From contig OZ286472.1 in assembly GCA_965644265.1 (NCBI GenBank), forward strand, positions 13,950,001-14,014,000: 64,000 nucleotides of DNA, given 5' to 3'. The number at the start of each line of letters is the position of its first letter. Position 1 is the stretch's first letter. The position numbers and the translations under genes are program-made. Under the pieces are notes generated by a model, which saw only the letters and a list, made by a program, of their open reading frames with translations, did no database searches and had not been told where the DNA came from. The DNA comes from Glycera tridactyla. Taxonomy: Eukaryota. This document shows positions 61,429 through 64,000 of the stretch, piece by piece.

Positions 61429-64000
61429 TACACACATCATTGCTCTGAAAAGAATTAGCATCATCAATTTTCATTGCACCGAGGTTTGCATCCTGGTGTT
61501 TCTGGTGGCAGATGATTCTTCTAGTTATTAGGGCAATGCTAATCAATCGCAATTATCCCCTCGGTGAAAATGTCAATATAATTGTTGAGTAAATTGACAT
61601 GTGGGTTTATAATTGGCAGAATGATGCTGGTCCGTTAACTCCCGATGTCACTTACGTCAACCCCGACGTAACTGTAACTGTCATCAGCATGACGTGGTGG
61701 CCAGATTATCAGCTATCATGATGAATAGGTGATATCAACCAATTGCCCAATTTTGAATAGTTGCTATTCACAATCGATATACAATCAAACGTGTCTACAA
61801 GGACCACTCTCGGTTGCTTGAGAATGGAAATATTGTAGCTAGGTGACCTTTATAGAGGTGGTTTACTGTAGAAAATGCAAAAGCCACCTGCCTATGAAGG
61901 CCACTCAAGGGACTGCTGAAGTATTCATTTTCTAACCCACCTCCCTGTAAATGTCACCTGTCTGCAAGTGCTACCCCTCCCTTTCAAGTGATGGCAAATA
62001 TGGTGAAATACGTCAACCTTCATTGTGGGGATCAGGAATGACACTGAACATTGTGATTATTTTGGCCTTTAGATCGTGAAAAACGGACAAGAACTTGTGG
62101 AGATAGAGAACAGAGTTTCTGATTGTCAACCAATCATATCCCTGTGTGCTCGACACAGGCTACAACAAGTGTAAATCTGGAAGCATGGTTAGACTCTTCA
62201 TTGGCAAATATACCACAAGTATATGATGCCACAACCGATTGTAATCAAATCATCCCCTAGTAATCAGATCGCACTGTGTAGTGGCTCTTCCACTCATTGA
62301 CTGACACAACATGGCCGACTCCCTACATTATCAGTTGGGTAAAAATTCTGCGCAGTCACATCAGTGCTGATGTAGCTCCATAGTTGGTATAACTGGTATA
62401 ACATATGTGGTATAACTGATTGAGGTGTTGATGTATTGTTGGGGAATAATTCACACCAATTTTGTACTCGCGCATTAGCTCACAAGTATCTAATCATCAG
62501 TTCAAAGCCTCACATATTGATATTTGTACCCAAAGGCACACAATCAGGTGACATTTCTGATGGAGAGTAAATCTCACCCTGATATGACTAGCAACGATTC
62601 TATCTGATCTTCTAATCGGAGCAATCAGTAACAATTTGTCTCACAGAATCTTCTAGTTGTGGTTTAAGATACCTCTCTTGAAGGATACTTCATTTCAAGA
62701 AACAAATTGAATTTCCTTTCATTGACTACTGTGATAGCGAATTCCTGCGGCTCATTCAGATTTGCAACAAATTACAACAAAGCAAGGTTGGCATCAAATA
62801 GCAGTGAGGAATACAGTGTTTGCTTTTTGCAGGTTCCATTGTATATCTAATGCATAGAACTTGATCTCTCTAACCTAGCAGAGGGGAGGCAGCATGCACT
62901 ATGTACCTCTATGATCTAATGGGATGTACCACACATCTGATCCCCATGTGATTGAACCACCCTGTTGAACTCCTGCCCATCTGGGATGAATTGATTGCTA
63001 GAGGGGGGGGGGGGGGGGGGGTATACAGGGTCACACGCCTGGAATTCAGTCCCACTAGCCTAGGAAGTTGTATAGCTGTGGTCACCAGTGGGTCATCTTC
63101 AGAATGTCCATGGTGGCACCAGTATACAGGGCCGACAACAATGTGGGACTGAGGGTGTGCTGTCACTCTAGTTTGTTCACTTCTCGAAAACCGCAATCTC
63201 CATCAGATTTCAATGAAAATTCGGACATTCTCAAAGTGAGCAGACCATTGCAAAGAGCTTGTAGTCTTCTCTGAGCTCTTGATTAAGTTAAGACCCAGAG
63301 AGCTGAGAGCTAAGATGCTAACCATTATAATATTAGATAAATGATGAATCAATAATTCTGTTTTTTTCTCACACACCATTACTCTCAAGAAATTCCAACT
63401 ACATGTATTATTTGATCATTCCAAATGCGGAGGGACTTGCTCTATGTATGTGAGCAAGAGAAGTGGAAAATATACTGTGCCTAGAGCATGCTTAGTGTAG
63501 GCCAAGTAGAAATACTTGGGCAGGATATGTTGGAGGCTGTTACCCTCAGGCTAGTTCGGTTACAAGTCAAGCTTTGGACAAGTTTGACTCTAATCTCTTC
63601 TCTTGGAAATTGGCATCATCACTTATAAATGTCACAATCACTATCCCTATTGACCAATGGTTGGCATCCCCATGAGACAACCAGGTGCAGAGGTGTGATC
63701 ATGAATTGCACTCTAATGGTATCAGGGCTGATTGCAATGTTGGTGGTTGGCACTAGTGAAATCTGGACTCATTCTGGACCCCAAACATCCTTTGGATTTT
63801 CAGGAGGAGTCCATATGGTCTCTGACCTTTACTTTTGAGTTTAGTAAGACATTAAATACATTACATACAAGAATAATCGATGATGGATTTAGGAAACAAG
63901 AACCAATTCGTACCAGGTGTATAGATTAGGTAGATTCTGCAATTCTCCTCAGCATCATGGAACTCACCAGGCGACATGGGAACTTTGGTGTTTCAGAGCG

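Overview
Repeat-rich animal genomic DNA, probably from a marine invertebrate, taken from a draft assembly with eight N-gaps (8682-8938, 26764-26904, 27555-27819, 30893-31063, 36441-36825, 41296-41558, 45116-45273, 51544-51882). It is not prokaryotic, and I found no rRNA, bona fide tRNA or CRISPR array. Two coding units are well supported. The first is a 3-coding-exon minus-strand coiled-coil gene (365 aa) resembling CCDC160. The second is a full-length Ty3/Gypsy LTR retrotransposon (10741-15978; 196-bp LTRs, AGCTC TSD, single gag-pol ORF) whose integrase catalytic Glu is replaced by Lys. The rest is dense non-autonomous DNA transposons (pogo/Tc1-like TA-flanked MITEs, hAT-like, PIF/Harbinger, and Helentron-type HINE elements, one carrying a ~145-bp satellite array), SINE-like fragments, microsatellites and a 22-bp satellite in a foldback-like arrangement. 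The most striking unannotated structure is a pair of perfect 33-bp CACTA-type terminal inverted repeats 12 kb apart (25925 and 37975) with a matching 3-bp TSD. They enclose old, host-like DNA in which I can recognise no transposase. Most short ORFs in the supplied track are spurious (microsatellite, MITE or gap derived).
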